DNA of 64,000 nucleotides from Thiotrichaceae bacterium UBA4486 (GCA_002389045.1 DGNS01000015.1:196217-260216), one strand, 5' to 3'. Counted from the first letter of the stretch, positions 49,349 to 60,464 are shown. The notes: generated by a model from the letters alone, not told the origin. Program-made: numbers and translations.

Positions 49349-51256
49349 ATGAGTAGCAAATCAGCAAACAGGAATTCGTCACTGGTCAAGGTGCTGGGTC
49401 CGGTCGAAAATCTTGAGAACTATGTCAGTGCGGACTGGTGGCGGCATATCTTCAATGCCAACTATCTGCGCACCGATGGCGATGTGGTCGAGGATCCGGA
49501 AATCACTGCCAGGGAAATTGACGTGTTTATCGAGGCACTGGCACTGGAGCCAGATTTACAGATACTGGATCTGTGTTGTGGCCAGGGCCGGCATGCACTG
49601 GAACTCGCCCGGCGCGGTTATCAACATGTGTTCGGTCTGGACCGTTCCCATTACCTGATCAACCGTGCCCGCAAGCTGAACCGGCAGGTCGGCGCCAGCG
49701 TGCAATTCAGGGAGGGTGATGCCAGGAAGATGCGATTCAAACGCGACATGTTCGACGTTGTGATCATCCCCGGTAACAGTTTCGGATATTTTGAATCCCT
49801 GAAGGAAGACCGTCGTGTGCTGGAAGAGGTCAAGCGTGTGCTGAAACCCGGTGGCCGGTTGCTGGTGGATGTGACCGACGGTCAATACATGCGTGAGAAT
49901 TTTGAGCCGCGCAGCTGGGAATGGATCGACAAGAACTATTTTGTCTGTCGTGAACGCTCTCTTTCCAAAAGCGGTGATCAACTGGTGTCCCGGGAAGTGA
50001 TCACGCATGTCACCAGGGGTGTGATCGCCGATCAGTTCTATGCCGAACGGCTCTATACGCAGCAGGAACTGACCCGGCTGCTGAGCGACATCGGCTTCAG
50101 TGATGTTTCGGAACATACCAACCTGATGTCGGAGTCCAAGCGCAACCAGGATCTGGGCATGATGGCGCGTCGGATCATCATGACGGCGCGCATCGACAAG
50201 GACTGGGCGCCGGTCAGGGGCATACGCTCCGCTGAAACTGTCGTGGTCCTGCTCGGTGATCCGGGAAGAACGGATCGCGTCAAACCCAACGCCACGTTCG
50301 ATGAAGATGATTACCGGACCATTGACCTTCTGAAACAGGCATTATCCAGGGTCAAACAGTTTGATTTTATCTATCTCAATAACCACCAGAGCCTGTTCGA
50401 GGATCTGCAAAAACAACGCGGCAAATGCGCCTTTGTCTTCAATCTCTGTGATGAGGGCTATAACAACGAGGCATCGAAGGAACTGCACATCAGTGCCCTG
50501 CTGGAAATCCTGGATATTCCGTACACGGGCGGAACGCCGCAGTGTCTTTCCTACTGCTATGACAAATCACTGGTGCGGGGTATTGCCAACGAAATGGATG
50601 TGCCGGTTCCACGTGCGTTTACCATCAAGCCCGAAGATGTCAATTTTATCGAGTTCCCGCTGAGTTTCCCGGTCATCGTCAAACCGAACTTCGGTGATTC
50701 CAGTTTCGGGATCACTGCCAGCAATGTCTGCTATGACATACAGGCACTGGAGAACGCCATCATCCAGGTGCGTGATCGCTTCGGTTACGACAAACCGATT
50801 CTTGTCGAGGAATTTCTGTCCGGCAAGGATCTCAGTGTCGGCATTATCGGCAATCCCACTGTGGGGTATACGGTGCTGCCCATTATCCATGAAGACTATT
50901 CCGCACTGCCCGCGGGGCTGCCGCAGATATGCGGTTACGAGGCCAAGTGGGATCCGTCATCGCCTTACTGGAATATCAAATCCGTACCGGCCAATCTGCC
51001 CGAGGACGTTGAACGGTTTATGGTAGCCAGTTGCCTGAAACTGTTTGAACGTCTGGACTGCCGTGATTACGCGCGATTTGACTGGCGACTGGATGCCGAT
51101 GACGATCCCCGTCTGCTGGAGGTTAACCCGAATCCCGGCTGGTGCTGGGACGGCCACCTGGCCAAGATGGCGGCATTGCAGGGGATCGACTACAACGACA
51201 TGCTGAAAATGATCCTGGAAGCCTGCAAGGATCGTCTGGAGTATCAGAAAAACTAA
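49349..51256 (+). CDS. Fusion of a class I SAM methyltransferase and a D-Ala-D-Ala-ligase-like ATP-grasp domain
   Basis: Methyltransferase: ILDLCCGQGRH, GDAR, LKPGG. ATP-grasp: IPYTG, DK, VKP, SSFGI, EEFL, YEAKW, ARFD, LEVNPNPG. Confidence 0.9.
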   Translation: MSSKSANRNSSLVKVLGPVENLENYVSADWWRHIFNANYLRTDGDVVEDPEITAREIDVFIEALALEPDLQILDLCCGQGRHALELARRGYQHVFGLDRSHYLINRARKLNRQVGASVQFREGDARKMRFKRDMFDVVIIPGNSFGYFESLKEDRRVLEEVKRVLKPGGRLLVDVTDGQYMRENFEPRSWEWIDKNYFVCRERSLSKSGDQLVSREVITHVTRGVIADQFYAERLYTQQELTRLLSDIGFSDVSEHTNLMSESKRNQDLGMMARRIIMTARIDKDWAPVRGIRSAETVVVLLGDPGRTDRVKPNATFDEDDYRTIDLLKQALSRVKQFDFIYLNNHQSLFEDLQKQRGKCAFVFNLCDEGYNNEASKELHISALLEILDIPYTGGTPQCLSYCYDKSLVRGIANEMDVPVPRAFTIKPEDVNFIEFPLSFPVIVKPNFGDSSFGITASNVCYDIQALENAIIQVRDRFGYDKPILVEEFLSGKDLSVGIIGNPTVGYTVLPIIHEDYSALPAGLPQICGYEAKWDPSSPYWNIKSVPANLPEDVERFMVASCLKLFERLDCRDYARFDWRLDADDDPRLLEVNPNPGWCWDGHLAKMAALQGIDYNDMLKMILEACKDRLEYQKN

Positions 51257-51268
51257 CGCCGGGAAAAA

Positions 51269-51586
51269 CTAACGGCGGGAATCGGGCCGCCACTGAAAGC
51301 GGGATAACGGCACCCGGCCGTTGTCATCGAAGACAATGCCTTCGTCCTCGAGCAGTATGCGCTGGTATTCTTCGGCGCCGGGTTCGCGACGTGAGCTGAT
51401 CATACCGCGGGCGTTGATCACCCGGTGCCAGGGTAGCTGAAGATCCCCGGCTGCAGACAGAACCTGACCCACCAGCCGCGCCTGTCGCGGCAGGCCCGCG
51501 AGTGCGGCGATCTGTCCGTAGGTTGCCACCTTGCCGCGCGGGATCTGTTTAACGGCAGTGAGGATGTCGCGATATGAATCCTTCAT
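51269..51586 (-). CDS. Alkyltransferase-like protein (ATL/YbaZ type)
   Basis: IPRGKVATYGQIA and PWHRV (Trp in place of the MGMT active Cys). Confidence 0.9.
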   Translation of the reverse strand: MKDSYRDILTAVKQIPRGKVATYGQIAALAGLPRQARLVGQVLSAAGDLQLPWHRVINARGMISSRREPGAEEYQRILLEDEGIVFDDNGRVPLSRFQWRPDSRR

Positions 51587-51601
51587 GGGTCGCGGACGGA
51601 T

Positions 51602-51718
51602 TCAGGGCAGGATCAATAGCCGCAGGCCATAGGCAAGAAGTGCGGTGACAACCAGGCCGGCGACGTACAAGCCGATGAACCAGAGCCATCGGGATTTGCG
51701 GTTTTCCTGATCCTGCAT
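51602..51718 (-). CDS. 38-aa single-TM DUF2474-like small protein, probable bd/CIO oxidase accessory subunit
   Basis: Manual translation MQDQENRKSRWLWFIGLYVAGLVVTALLAYGLRLLILP*; directly downstream of cydB; below the ORF-track size cutoff. Confidence 0.75.
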   Translation of the reverse strand: MQDQENRKSRWLWFIGLYVAGLVVTALLAYGLRLLILP

Positions 51719-51758
51719 GTTGATTAGTTGTGATTCAGTAGTGAGGATATTGTTACTC

Positions 51759-51846
51759 TGTTATCCCGAACGGTGTCAAAATGACAGGATCGTGTCATCC
51801 CGAACCCGTTCGGCGATGGCCTCAGGGTAAACTCCGTGAGGGATCT
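51759..51846. repeat. REP-like element
   Basis: TGTCATCCCGAA...TGAGGGATCT, same terminal motifs as 4536-4587 in inverted orientation. Confidence 0.65.
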
Positions 51847-51858
51847 TCTTCGAGACAT

Positions 51859-52896
51859 TCAATGTGAATATCCGGAGTCCATGCGCACCTTGCCGCGAAA
51901 TACCCAGTACACATACACAGTGTAGGCGAGAATGGTGGGCAACAGGATCACTGCCCCGGCCAGTAACAGAGCCTGTGCATTCGGCGCCGCCGCGGCTTCA
52001 TAAAGTGTCAGTGAATAGGGAACCAGGTAGGGAAACAGGCTGATCGCGAGGCCTATGTAACCGAGCAGAAACAGCAGCACGGCGCAGAAGAAGGGTTTAT
52101 GCACGGTGTCGCTGCCGCGAATGGCCCTGAACATGGTCATACCGGTCACGGCGACGAGGATCGGGATGGGCGACAATGGCAGCAGCCGCGACCAGTCGAT
52201 ATGCGGATAATCTATGCCCCAGCGCATGGCGGCATTGGCATCCAGTAACGGCACCCAGAGACTGACGATGATCATGCACAGCAAGACCACAAACATTGAA
52301 ACCAGGGCCAGTTGCCTGGACCATTGCTGCAGACCGTTTTCAGTTTTGATGATCAGCCAGGTGCTGCCGAGCAGTGCATAGCCCCAGACCAGCGCACAAC
52401 CGGTAAAGAAGCTGAACGGCGTCAGCCAGCCGTACATATCCCCGGCAAAACGGCCGTTCTCCAGTTCAATACCCTGAACGAGCGCTCCGAGGATCAGGCC
52501 CTGACTGAAAGCGGCAACCACCGAACCCCAGTGAAAGGCCTGGTCCCAGACCCGTTTCAGGATGCCTTCGGACTTGAAACGAAACTCGAAAGCGACGCCG
52601 CGGAAGATCAGCGCCACCAGCATGAAGCCGATGGGCATGTATACGGCGGGTAACAGTGCGGCGTAGGCCTTGGGGAAAACCGCGAACAGGCCGCCGCCGC
52701 CAAGCACCAGCCAGGTCTCGTTGCCGTCCCACACCGGTGCCACCGAGGTCATCATGACATCACGATCATGATCGGAAGGCGCAAAGGGAAACAGAATGCC
52801 GAGACCGAGATCGAAACCGTCCAGCAGTACGTACATGAAGACGGCGAGGGCCAGCAGGCCGGCCCAGATCAGGGGCAGATTGAGTGATTCCATCAT
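51859..52896 (-). CDS. cydB: Cytochrome bd-type (CioB-like) quinol oxidase subunit II
   Basis: LDGFDLG, PVWDGNETWLV and RGVAFEFR. Confidence 0.95.
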   Translation of the reverse strand: MMESLNLPLIWAGLLALAVFMYVLLDGFDLGLGILFPFAPSDHDRDVMMTSVAPVWDGNETWLVLGGGGLFAVFPKAYAALLPAVYMPIGFMLVALIFRGVAFEFRFKSEGILKRVWDQAFHWGSVVAAFSQGLILGALVQGIELENGRFAGDMYGWLTPFSFFTGCALVWGYALLGSTWLIIKTENGLQQWSRQLALVSMFVVLLCMIIVSLWVPLLDANAAMRWGIDYPHIDWSRLLPLSPIPILVAVTGMTMFRAIRGSDTVHKPFFCAVLLFLLGYIGLAISLFPYLVPYSLTLYEAAAAPNAQALLLAGAVILLPTILAYTVYVYWVFRGKVRMDSGYSH

Positions 52897-52897
52897 G

Positions 52898-54319
52898 TCA
52901 GGTTTCCGCCGGGCGAGGTTTTTTAATCAGTGAATGCTCGTAGCCGGAAATGGTCAGGTTGCTGGCCATAATGGGTTCGGCTTCAAGACCATCATCCGGG
53001 TCCGGTTCCAGCGGACCTTTCCAGGCCAGCTTGAACAGGTAATAAACGCCGGCGGTGAATATGATGGCATAGACGAAGATAAAAATAGTCAGGGACATAC
53101 CTACGGCCCCGGCGGTCACCGGTGAGACGGAATCCGCGGTCCGCAACAGGCCGTAGACGGTATACGGCTGCCGTCCCACTTCCGCGGTAAACCAGCCGGC
53201 GATGACGGCAACGAATCCCGAGGGGCCCATGACGAAACAGGCCTTCTGGTAAATGATGTTGTCGGTCAGCCTGCCGGTACGCATCAGGTACAGACCTGTA
53301 AATGCAAGCAACAGCATGAGCATACCGATCCCGACCATGATGCGAAAACTCCAGAATACCGTGGCCACCGGTGGCCGTTCTTCCCGCGGCCATTCTTTCA
53401 GGCCCTTGATCTCGGCATTCAGATCATGAGCCACCACCAGGCTGCCCAGCTTGGGAATGGCAATCTCGTAATCATTGGTTTCCTTTTCCTCGTTCGGGAT
53501 ACCGAACAGGATCATCGGCGCGCCCTGATGCGTTTCCCAGTGACCCTCCATGGCGGCCAGTTTGACGGGTTGATGTTCATGAACGTTCACGCCATGCGAA
53601 TGTCCGGCTGCGATCTGCAGGGGCGTGACGATGGCCGTGAAAACAATGCCCATCCGGAACATGAGCACATTGGCCGGTGTCTTGTTGTTTCTCAGTAATT
53701 GCAGTGCCGCGACCGAAGTTACCACGAAGCCGGTGGTCAGGTACGCAGCCAGCACCATGTGTACTAACCGGTAGGGAAAGGACGGATTGAAGATCACTTC
53801 CATCCAGCTGGTGGCGTAAAAGATGCCGTCACGGATTTCGTAACCGGCCGGTGTATGCATCCAACTGTTGGCGGCCAGGATCCAGAAGGCCGAAATCAGG
53901 GTACCGACGGCAACGATGCAGGTCGAGGCAAAATGCAGTTTACGCCCAACGCGGTTCCAGCCGAACAGCATGATGGCCAGAAACGAGGCTTCCAGAAAAA
54001 ACGCGGTCATCACCTCGTAGCCAAGCAGCGGGCCCAGCACGTTGCCGGTTTTCTCGGCGAACAGGCTCCAGTTGGTGCCGAACTGGTAGCTCATGACCAC
54101 GCCCGATACCACGCCCATGCCGAAGGATATGGCGAAAATCTTTACCCAGAAGCGGTAGAGATTGAGGTAGATGTCCTTTCCGGTTTTCAGCCACAGGCCT
54201 TCCAGGAAAGCCAGGTAACTGGCAAGGCCGATGGTGAAGGCAGGAAAGATAATATGAAAGGAGACCACGAATGCGAACTGGATCCGCGCCAGCATGAGCA
54301 TGTCGAGTGTCCCGGTCAT
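52898..54319 (-). CDS. cydA: Cytochrome bd-type (CioA-like, short Q-loop) quinol oxidase subunit I
   Basis: FHIIF, QFGTNW, AFFLEA, QPVKLAAMEG and EVGRQP. Confidence 0.95.
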   Translation of the reverse strand: MTGTLDMLMLARIQFAFVVSFHIIFPAFTIGLASYLAFLEGLWLKTGKDIYLNLYRFWVKIFAISFGMGVVSGVVMSYQFGTNWSLFAEKTGNVLGPLLGYEVMTAFFLEASFLAIMLFGWNRVGRKLHFASTCIVAVGTLISAFWILAANSWMHTPAGYEIRDGIFYATSWMEVIFNPSFPYRLVHMVLAAYLTTGFVVTSVAALQLLRNNKTPANVLMFRMGIVFTAIVTPLQIAAGHSHGVNVHEHQPVKLAAMEGHWETHQGAPMILFGIPNEEKETNDYEIAIPKLGSLVVAHDLNAEIKGLKEWPREERPPVATVFWSFRIMVGIGMLMLLLAFTGLYLMRTGRLTDNIIYQKACFVMGPSGFVAVIAGWFTAEVGRQPYTVYGLLRTADSVSPVTAGAVGMSLTIFIFVYAIIFTAGVYYLFKLAWKGPLEPDPDDGLEAEPIMASNLTISGYEHSLIKKPRPAET

Positions 54320-54379
54320 AGTCGTTACCTCGTCCTCTGCCTGTTGTATCCGCCTGTTGCAGCGGGTCTGGCCCGACGG

Positions 54380-55243
54380 TTACCGTACCCGGTAACCGAG
54401 CAGGGTATTGTTGTTCATCATCGGCAATACTATCACCGAGTCATTTTCCATGTATTCATGATCGGCCATGCCCTGTTCCAGTTCGAGCAACAGCGTGGCA
54501 TTGCCTGCGCGATCGATGCGATAGAGTTTACCGGCCATCCAGTCGGTTACATAGAAATCACCGCCCACCGGTTCGACGCCGTCAAGGTTGCCGACAGGGC
54601 TACCGCTGCCAAGGCTGTTGATGCTTTTATCCTCGAGGTTAACAGTTTTCAGGTGTCCCGGCACTTCGGTGGCAAAACCATCGGTCATGACGCCCCAGGC
54701 GCCGACGATCAACTGACCGTTTTCGGCATGCAGGCCGTTGGGATTTTCCAGCGCGGCATCCTCCAGCCAGACGCTGAAACTGCCGTTATCGAGCACATGG
54801 ATGCGGTTGGTGACCATATCGGAAACGAAGACCCGGCCGTCCGCGGCAGCGGTAACATCGTTGAGAAATTGTGCATTGCTGTCGGTCCAGGTGTTGCTGA
54901 TCACGGCGCCGGCGATATCAATTTCCACCAGGCTGTCGATGTCGGCCACGTAGAGGCGGCCATTGTGCAAGGCCAGACCCTTGGGCGCATCCAGGCCTGT
55001 AACCCAGTTCAGTTCAAGCATCTCGCCCGTGGGTGAGACTCTGGAGATAAAGCCGTTGCCGTCTTTGGCATCCGCGGCGCCGTTGACGTTGGAGACGTAG
55101 AGTGCTTCGCCGGCCGGATCATAAACAACGGATTCGGGATTGCTCAGTCCTGCCAGTTCCCAGATCCTGACCGGTTCCGCGGCCTGTACTGTGGCAGGGA
55201 GGATGCCGAGTATCAGAATAATGTTGTAGATAAATCGTTGCAT
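54380..55243 (-). CDS. Exported SMP-30/gluconolactonase-like beta-propeller protein
   Basis: Signal peptide and propeller motifs PES, APKG, FLND, PNGL and LDG. Confidence 0.78.
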   Translation of the reverse strand: MQRFIYNIILILGILPATVQAAEPVRIWELAGLSNPESVVYDPAGEALYVSNVNGAADAKDGNGFISRVSPTGEMLELNWVTGLDAPKGLALHNGRLYVADIDSLVEIDIAGAVISNTWTDSNAQFLNDVTAAADGRVFVSDMVTNRIHVLDNGSFSVWLEDAALENPNGLHAENGQLIVGAWGVMTDGFATEVPGHLKTVNLEDKSINSLGSGSPVGNLDGVEPVGGDFYVTDWMAGKLYRIDRAGNATLLLELEQGMADHEYMENDSVIVLPMMNNNTLLGYRVR

Positions 55244-55356
55244 GGTAGTGGCTCCTTTGGGTTACAGCTTCAAATCGTACTACTGTTCCTTTACCAAGGG
55301 AAGGGGTTCATTAGTAGTTTGTTACTTCAGTGTGAATCGAGTTCATGGACTTCCGG

Positions 55357-55731
55357 TTAACGGATTGTTTCCTGACCGGGATGTTCCAGGGTTTCCAGTA
55401 CAAAATTATAGATGAATGCCGGCAATTCCTGGCCCGTATCACGAATGATCTTCTGCACACCACTGTAATCGACCCGACCGTTCTGCACCAGGATGGGTGA
55501 TTTTTTCATCTTCATGACCTTCTCCTCGCCGTCGTCCACCGCGTGATGTGACAAGCCTTGATCGCGCGTCCACGTGAGGGCATGTTCGTTCTGGCCCTTG
55601 TTATAGCAAAGCTGGAAACGGAGAATGGATTCATCCTCAGCCAGCCATACAAACAGGTCCGTATTGTGATCCGTGAACCAGCGCTTCACAGGTTCGTTTT
55701 CTTCACTGATGACCGGTATTTCTTTGAGCAT
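55357..55731 (-). CDS. Hypothetical protein
   Basis: 124-aa ORF co-oriented downstream of trpC (RWF..DLFVW..FQLCY). Confidence 0.65.
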   Translation of the reverse strand: MLKEIPVISEENEPVKRWFTDHNTDLFVWLAEDESILRFQLCYNKGQNEHALTWTRDQGLSHHAVDDGEEKVMKMKKSPILVQNGRVDYSGVQKIIRDTGQELPAFIYNFVLETLEHPGQETIR

Positions 55732-55814
55732 GGTTGTTCTCGTCCGGGAATCCCTGCCTGGAAATATGATGTCTTGTCGGGGCCAATCGGTTTAACCTGG
55801 AGAGATCAATAGAG

Positions 55815-55854
55815 AGATCCCTCATGTTCATTCGGGACAAGGTCCGAAATGACA
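55815..55854. repeat. REP-like element
   Basis: AGATCCCTCA...TTCGGGACAAGG...GAAATGACA, shared with 4536-4587 and 43206-43259. Confidence 0.75.
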
Positions 55855-55861
55855 AGCCGCA

Positions 55862-56659
55862 TTATCCAAACAACTCTTTCAGTTTCTCACCCGGGTCATC
55901 GGCACTCAGGAAGGCTTCCCCGACCAGAAAGGCATTGACGTCGCGCTTTCGCAGTAACTGTACGTCCTTCGGCGAGTGAATACCACTCTCGCTGACCACG
56001 GTACGGTCGGGAAAGACATCGGTCAACAGTCCCAGCGTGGTTTCGAGGCTGGTTTCAAAGGTGCGCAGGTCGCGATTGTTGATGCCGATGAGCGGGGTAC
56101 GCAGCATCAGGCCGCGTTCCAGTTCCTCGCGGTCGTGAACTTCGATGAGGGTATCCAGTCCGCATTCGTTCGCTACCCCGACCAGGTCCTGCATCTGCAG
56201 GTCGCTGAGAGCCGCCACGATAATCAGCACGCAGTCGGCGCCGAGGGCGCGCGATTCGTAGATCTGGTAAGGGTCGATCATGAAATCCTTGCGCAGCACC
56301 GGCAGTTCGCAGGCGTCCCGGGCTTGTTGCAGGTGTTCATCCGTGCCCTCGAACCAGGTGATATCGGTCAGCACCGACAGGCAGGTAGCGCCGGCGTCTG
56401 CGTAGGAACGCGCGATCTCCGCCGGCTGGTAGTTATCACGGATCAGGCCTTTACTCGGCGAGGCTTTTTTGCATTCTGCGATCACGGCGGCATTGCCCGC
56501 ATCGATTTGCCGGCTGATGGCCTGGAAAAAACCGCGTTGCGGTTCACGGTCATCGGCGGCACTGCGCACGTGCTGAAGATTTTTTTTACGGCGCCGGTGC
56601 TCGAGTTCTTCCCGCTTGGTTTTCAGGATCTGTTCAAGAATGTCCGGTCTGTCCTGCAT
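55862..56659 (-). CDS. trpC: Indole-3-glycerol phosphate synthase
   Basis: IAECKKASPSKG, SVLTD, LRKDF, GINNR and SESGI. Confidence 0.97.
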   Translation of the reverse strand: MQDRPDILEQILKTKREELEHRRRKKNLQHVRSAADDREPQRGFFQAISRQIDAGNAAVIAECKKASPSKGLIRDNYQPAEIARSYADAGATCLSVLTDITWFEGTDEHLQQARDACELPVLRKDFMIDPYQIYESRALGADCVLIIVAALSDLQMQDLVGVANECGLDTLIEVHDREELERGLMLRTPLIGINNRDLRTFETSLETTLGLLTDVFPDRTVVSESGIHSPKDVQLLRKRDVNAFLVGEAFLSADDPGEKLKELFG

Positions 56660-56661
56660 GT

Positions 56662-57687
56662 TCAGTTCACCTGTTGTTGCGTGAATGCCGCCAGTGCATC
56701 GAATTTTTCCCGGGCCCGGCCCTGGCTGATGACGTCGTCAGCGAGTTGTACACCGGCCTTCAGATCCGCGCAGACATCGGCGGCATACAGCGCCGCGCCG
56801 GCGTTGAGACAGACAATATCGCGGGCCGCTCCCGGTGTGTCATCGAGCACCGACTGCATCAATGCCAGGCTTTCCTCGATACTGGAAACTTCGATCGATT
56901 GCAGGCTGCCGGTTTCGAAGCCCAGGTCTTCCGGTGCGATGGAATAACTGTTGATCTGTCCGTCTTTCAATTCGCAGATGTGGGTACGGGCGGCAAGACT
57001 GATTTCATCGAGGCCATCCTCGGAATGCACGGCGAGCACATGACGGCTGCCGAGTCGTTGCAGCACTTCCACCATGGGTGTGAGCCAGTGGCGATCGAAT
57101 ACGCCAAGTACCTGGTTCGGCGCGGCGGCCGGGTTGGTCAACGGGCCGAGCAGGTTGAACAGGGTCCGTGTGCCGAGTTCCCTGCGCGGTCCGATGGCGT
57201 GTTTCATGGCACTGTGATGCAGCGGTGCAAACATGAAACCGATACCCACGGTGTTTATGCATTCAGCCACCTGTTCCGGAGTCAGTTCAAGTTTAATGCC
57301 GGCGGCTTCCAGCAGATCGGCGCTGCCGGAGTTGCTGGAGACCGAACGATTGCCGTGTTTGGCGACGCGGGCGCCACCGGCCGCGGCGACGAACGCCGAA
57401 GTCGTGGATATATTGAAAGTACTGGCGCCATCGCCGCCGGTGCCGCAGGTATCCACCAGGTGTTCCGGATCGGCTTCGACGCGGGAGCAAAGCGCGCGCA
57501 TGACGCCGGCCGCGGCGCTGATTTCCTCAACCGATTCCCCTTTCATTCTCAGGGCGACGAGAAACCCCGCGACCTGCGCATCACTGCATTGCCCGGTCAT
57601 GATGGCCTGCATGATCGTTTGCATGGACCCGTAGTCAAGGTCCTGCCGGTTGATGACGGTATTGATCGCCTGCCTGATATCCATCAT
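56662..57687 (-). CDS. trpD: Anthranilate phosphoribosyltransferase
   Basis: [20 protein letters not shown] and GLDE. Confidence 0.97.
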   Translation of the reverse strand: MMDIRQAINTVINRQDLDYGSMQTIMQAIMTGQCSDAQVAGFLVALRMKGESVEEISAAAGVMRALCSRVEADPEHLVDTCGTGGDGASTFNISTTSAFVAAAGGARVAKHGNRSVSSNSGSADLLEAAGIKLELTPEQVAECINTVGIGFMFAPLHHSAMKHAIGPRRELGTRTLFNLLGPLTNPAAAPNQVLGVFDRHWLTPMVEVLQRLGSRHVLAVHSEDGLDEISLAARTHICELKDGQINSYSIAPEDLGFETGSLQSIEVSSIEESLALMQSVLDDTPGAARDIVCLNAGAALYAADVCADLKAGVQLADDVISQGRAREKFDALAAFTQQQVN

Positions 57688-58274
57688 CAACCCTGTGACC
57701 GGTCAAGAAAATTTTCCAGCAATTCGTGGCCGTAGGCAGTGAGGATGGACTCGGGATGAAACTGCACGCCGCTGATGGGTAACTCGCGGTGGCGTATACC
57801 CATGATCTCATCCATCCCGCCATTGTCATTCAGTGTCCAGGCGGTGATCTCGAGGCAGTCCGGTAACGAGGCCGGTTCGATAACCAGTGAGTGATAACGG
57901 GTGGCGGTGAAAGGACTGTCAAATCCGCGAAACACATCCTCGCCACGGTGATGAATTTCCGAGGTTTTACCGTGCATGATGCGGTTGGCGTGAACGATAT
58001 TGCCGCCAAAAACCTGGCCGATACACTGGTGGCCGAGACAAACGCCGAGGATCGGGATCCTGCCCTTGAAGTGATCGATCAGTTCCATGGAAATCCCTGC
58101 CTCGTTGGGCGTGCAGGGTCCCGGCGAGATGACAATGTGTTCCGGGGACAGCGATTCAATGGTGTCAATATCGATGGCATCGTTACGGTAGACGCTGACT
58201 TCCTGACCCAGTTCGCCCAGGTACTGGACCAGGTTGTAGGTGAAGGAATCGTAGTTGTCGATCATTAACAGCAT
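57687..58274 (-). CDS. trpG: Anthranilate synthase component II
   Basis: [15 protein letters not shown] and QFHPES. Confidence 0.96.
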   Translation of the reverse strand: MLLMIDNYDSFTYNLVQYLGELGQEVSVYRNDAIDIDTIESLSPEHIVISPGPCTPNEAGISMELIDHFKGRIPILGVCLGHQCIGQVFGGNIVHANRIMHGKTSEIHHRGEDVFRGFDSPFTATRYHSLVIEPASLPDCLEITAWTLNDNGGMDEIMGIRHRELPISGVQFHPESILTAYGHELLENFLDRSQG

Positions 58275-58292
58275 GTTATCTATACCGTTTGC

Positions 58293-59771
58293 TCAGTTTT
58301 CAAGGCCCTGTTCGGCCATGGCCACGGCGCGGAATATGGCCCGGCCCTTGTTCATGGTCTCTTCCCATTCGCTGGCCGGTATGGAGTCGGCGACGATACC
58401 GGCACCGGCCTGTATATGTAATGTGTGATCTTTAATGACCGCGGTGCGAATAGCAATGGCCGTGTCCATGTTTCCGGTCCAGGATAAATAGCCTACGGCC
58501 CCGGCATAAACACCGCGTTTGACCGGCTCCAGTTCGTTGATGATCTCCATGGCGCGGATCTTGGGCGCGCCCGACACGGTGCCTGCCGGGAAGGTGGCGC
58601 GCAGGGCGTCAATCGCGGTCTTGTCGACGGGGAGTTTGCCGGTGACATTGGAGACGATGTGCATGACATGGGAATAACGTTCAACGATCATCTTGTCGGT
58701 CAACTCGACGCTACCCGTTACAGCCACGCGGCCGATATCATTGCGGCCCAGATCGATCAGCATCAGGTGTTCGGCCAGTTCCTTGGGATCGTTGAGCAAT
58801 TCCTCTTCCAGTTGCCGGTCTTCCTGCTCGTTGCGTCCCCGCGGCCGGGTGCCGGCAATGGGCCGCACGGTGACTTCGTCATCCTCCTTGCGCACCAGGA
58901 TTTCGGGCGAGGACCCGACAATGTAGAAATCGTCGAGGTTCAGGTAATACATGTAGGGTGACGGGTTCAAACAGCGCAGCGAGCGGTAAAGATTGATGGG
59001 CGGCGCCTCGAAGGGTATGGACAGCCGCTGTGACAGCACCACCTGCATGGTGTCACCATCAACGATGTATTGTTTTATGCGATCCACGGCCGCCTCGAAA
59101 TCCTCGCGGCTGAAACCGGAGGTGAAATCCGTTTCCGACACCTGCCGTGTCGTTTGCGTGGTAGTGTCAGGCAGCTTGCCGATTTTCAGCTTGCCGGCGA
59201 TCTGGTTCAGTTGATCATTGGCCTTTTCCCAGGCGCCGGTTTCTTCCGGGTTGGCCAGCACGATGATGTAAAGTTTGCCGCCCAGGTTATCAAACACAAT
59301 CACCTGTTCGGAAACCATCAGCAGAATGTCCGGGCAATCAATAGGGTCGGGCTTGTCGCCGGCCTCGAGACGTTCTTCAATATACTGGATGCACTCGTAG
59401 CCGAAGTAGCCAACCAGACCGCCGTTAAAGCGCGGCATGTGTTCGATATTCGCTACCCGGAAATCCCTGTGCAGGGATTCGATCTCCGCCAGCGGATCCG
59501 CGGCGGTGAACTCATCGATGATCTCGCCATCCTGTTCCAGGGTGATGCGGTGGCCATGCACCTTGATGATGGTCGTGGCCGGCAGTCCGATGATGGAATA
59601 ACGTCCCCATTTCTCGCCGCCCTGAACCGATTCTAGCAGGTAGGAGTACGGACCGTTAGCCAGCTTCAGGTAGGCGCTGAGCGGTGTTTCCAGATCCGCC
59701 AGTACTTCGCGCATCAACGGGATACGGTTATAGCCCTCGGCGGCGAGTTGTTGAAACTGCTCAGGCGTCAT
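58293..59771 (-). CDS. trpE: Anthranilate synthase component I
   Basis: [28 protein letters not shown] and SGAPK. Confidence 0.97.
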   Translation of the reverse strand: MTPEQFQQLAAEGYNRIPLMREVLADLETPLSAYLKLANGPYSYLLESVQGGEKWGRYSIIGLPATTIIKVHGHRITLEQDGEIIDEFTAADPLAEIESLHRDFRVANIEHMPRFNGGLVGYFGYECIQYIEERLEAGDKPDPIDCPDILLMVSEQVIVFDNLGGKLYIIVLANPEETGAWEKANDQLNQIAGKLKIGKLPDTTTQTTRQVSETDFTSGFSREDFEAAVDRIKQYIVDGDTMQVVLSQRLSIPFEAPPINLYRSLRCLNPSPYMYYLNLDDFYIVGSSPEILVRKEDDEVTVRPIAGTRPRGRNEQEDRQLEEELLNDPKELAEHLMLIDLGRNDIGRVAVTGSVELTDKMIVERYSHVMHIVSNVTGKLPVDKTAIDALRATFPAGTVSGAPKIRAMEIINELEPVKRGVYAGAVGYLSWTGNMDTAIAIRTAVIKDHTLHIQAGAGIVADSIPASEWEETMNKGRAIFRAVAMAEQGLEN

Positions 59772-60445
59772 GATGCCTGCAGATGCCGTGGCAGTTCAGC
59801 CAGGGAATCCACCACTGCATCGGGATTGGCCGCGTTGATATCCATGCCGCGATTATAACCGTAAGAGACGCAGAGAATGTTGAATCCGGCCGCCCGTGCC
59901 GCACCCACATCATTGATGGAATCACCCACCATCAGTGAGACTGCCGGCGACACCGAAAAATACTCCGCCGCGTGCAGTAGCGGCAGCGGATCGGGTTTGC
60001 GTCGGGGCAGGGTGTCGCCGCAAATAACGATGCCGAAATCATCATAGATTCCCAGTGTCTGCAGCAGGATTTCGGTGAAGCGGGTGCGCTTGTTGGTGAC
60101 GCAACCAAGTTTGTAGCCAGCCGATTTGAGATAGTGCATTCCGTCCTCCACACCCGGATAGAAACGGCTGTGACGGGCCGCGTTATCGGCATAGATGTCC
60201 ATGAACAGGGGGAAAGCGTGTTCGAACAACGCCGTGTCGGGTTCGCCGTCGTCGTCATCGGTGAGTGCGCGTTTGACCAGCGTCTCTATACCGTTACCGA
60301 CCCAGTTCCGTATCTTGTCCTCGCCCCGCTGCGGGAGGCCGATTTCCTGCAGCATGGTGTCCACCGAGTAGGCCAGATCCGGCACCGTATCCACCAGTGT
60401 GCCATCGACATCAAGCAGGACCATTTCTGTGCGGGTGAATGCCAT
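59768..60445 (-). CDS. gph: Phosphoglycolate phosphatase (HAD family)
   Basis: [15 protein letters not shown] and VGDSIND; rpe-gph-trpE context; start set at ATG 60445. Confidence 0.93.
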   Translation of the reverse strand: MAFTRTEMVLLDVDGTLVDTVPDLAYSVDTMLQEIGLPQRGEDKIRNWVGNGIETLVKRALTDDDDGEPDTALFEHAFPLFMDIYADNAARHSRFYPGVEDGMHYLKSAGYKLGCVTNKRTRFTEILLQTLGIYDDFGIVICGDTLPRRKPDPLPLLHAAEYFSVSPAVSLMVGDSINDVGAARAAGFNILCVSYGYNRGMDINAANPDAVVDSLAELPRHLQAS

Positions 60446-60464
60446 CGTCTGCCAATCAACCGGT

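Noticed and set aside
49349-51256. Housekeeping ddl or a vancomycin-resistance ligase
   Set aside because: Fused to a methyltransferase, lacks the Ddl N-terminal GGxSxE motif, and has no mur or van gene context
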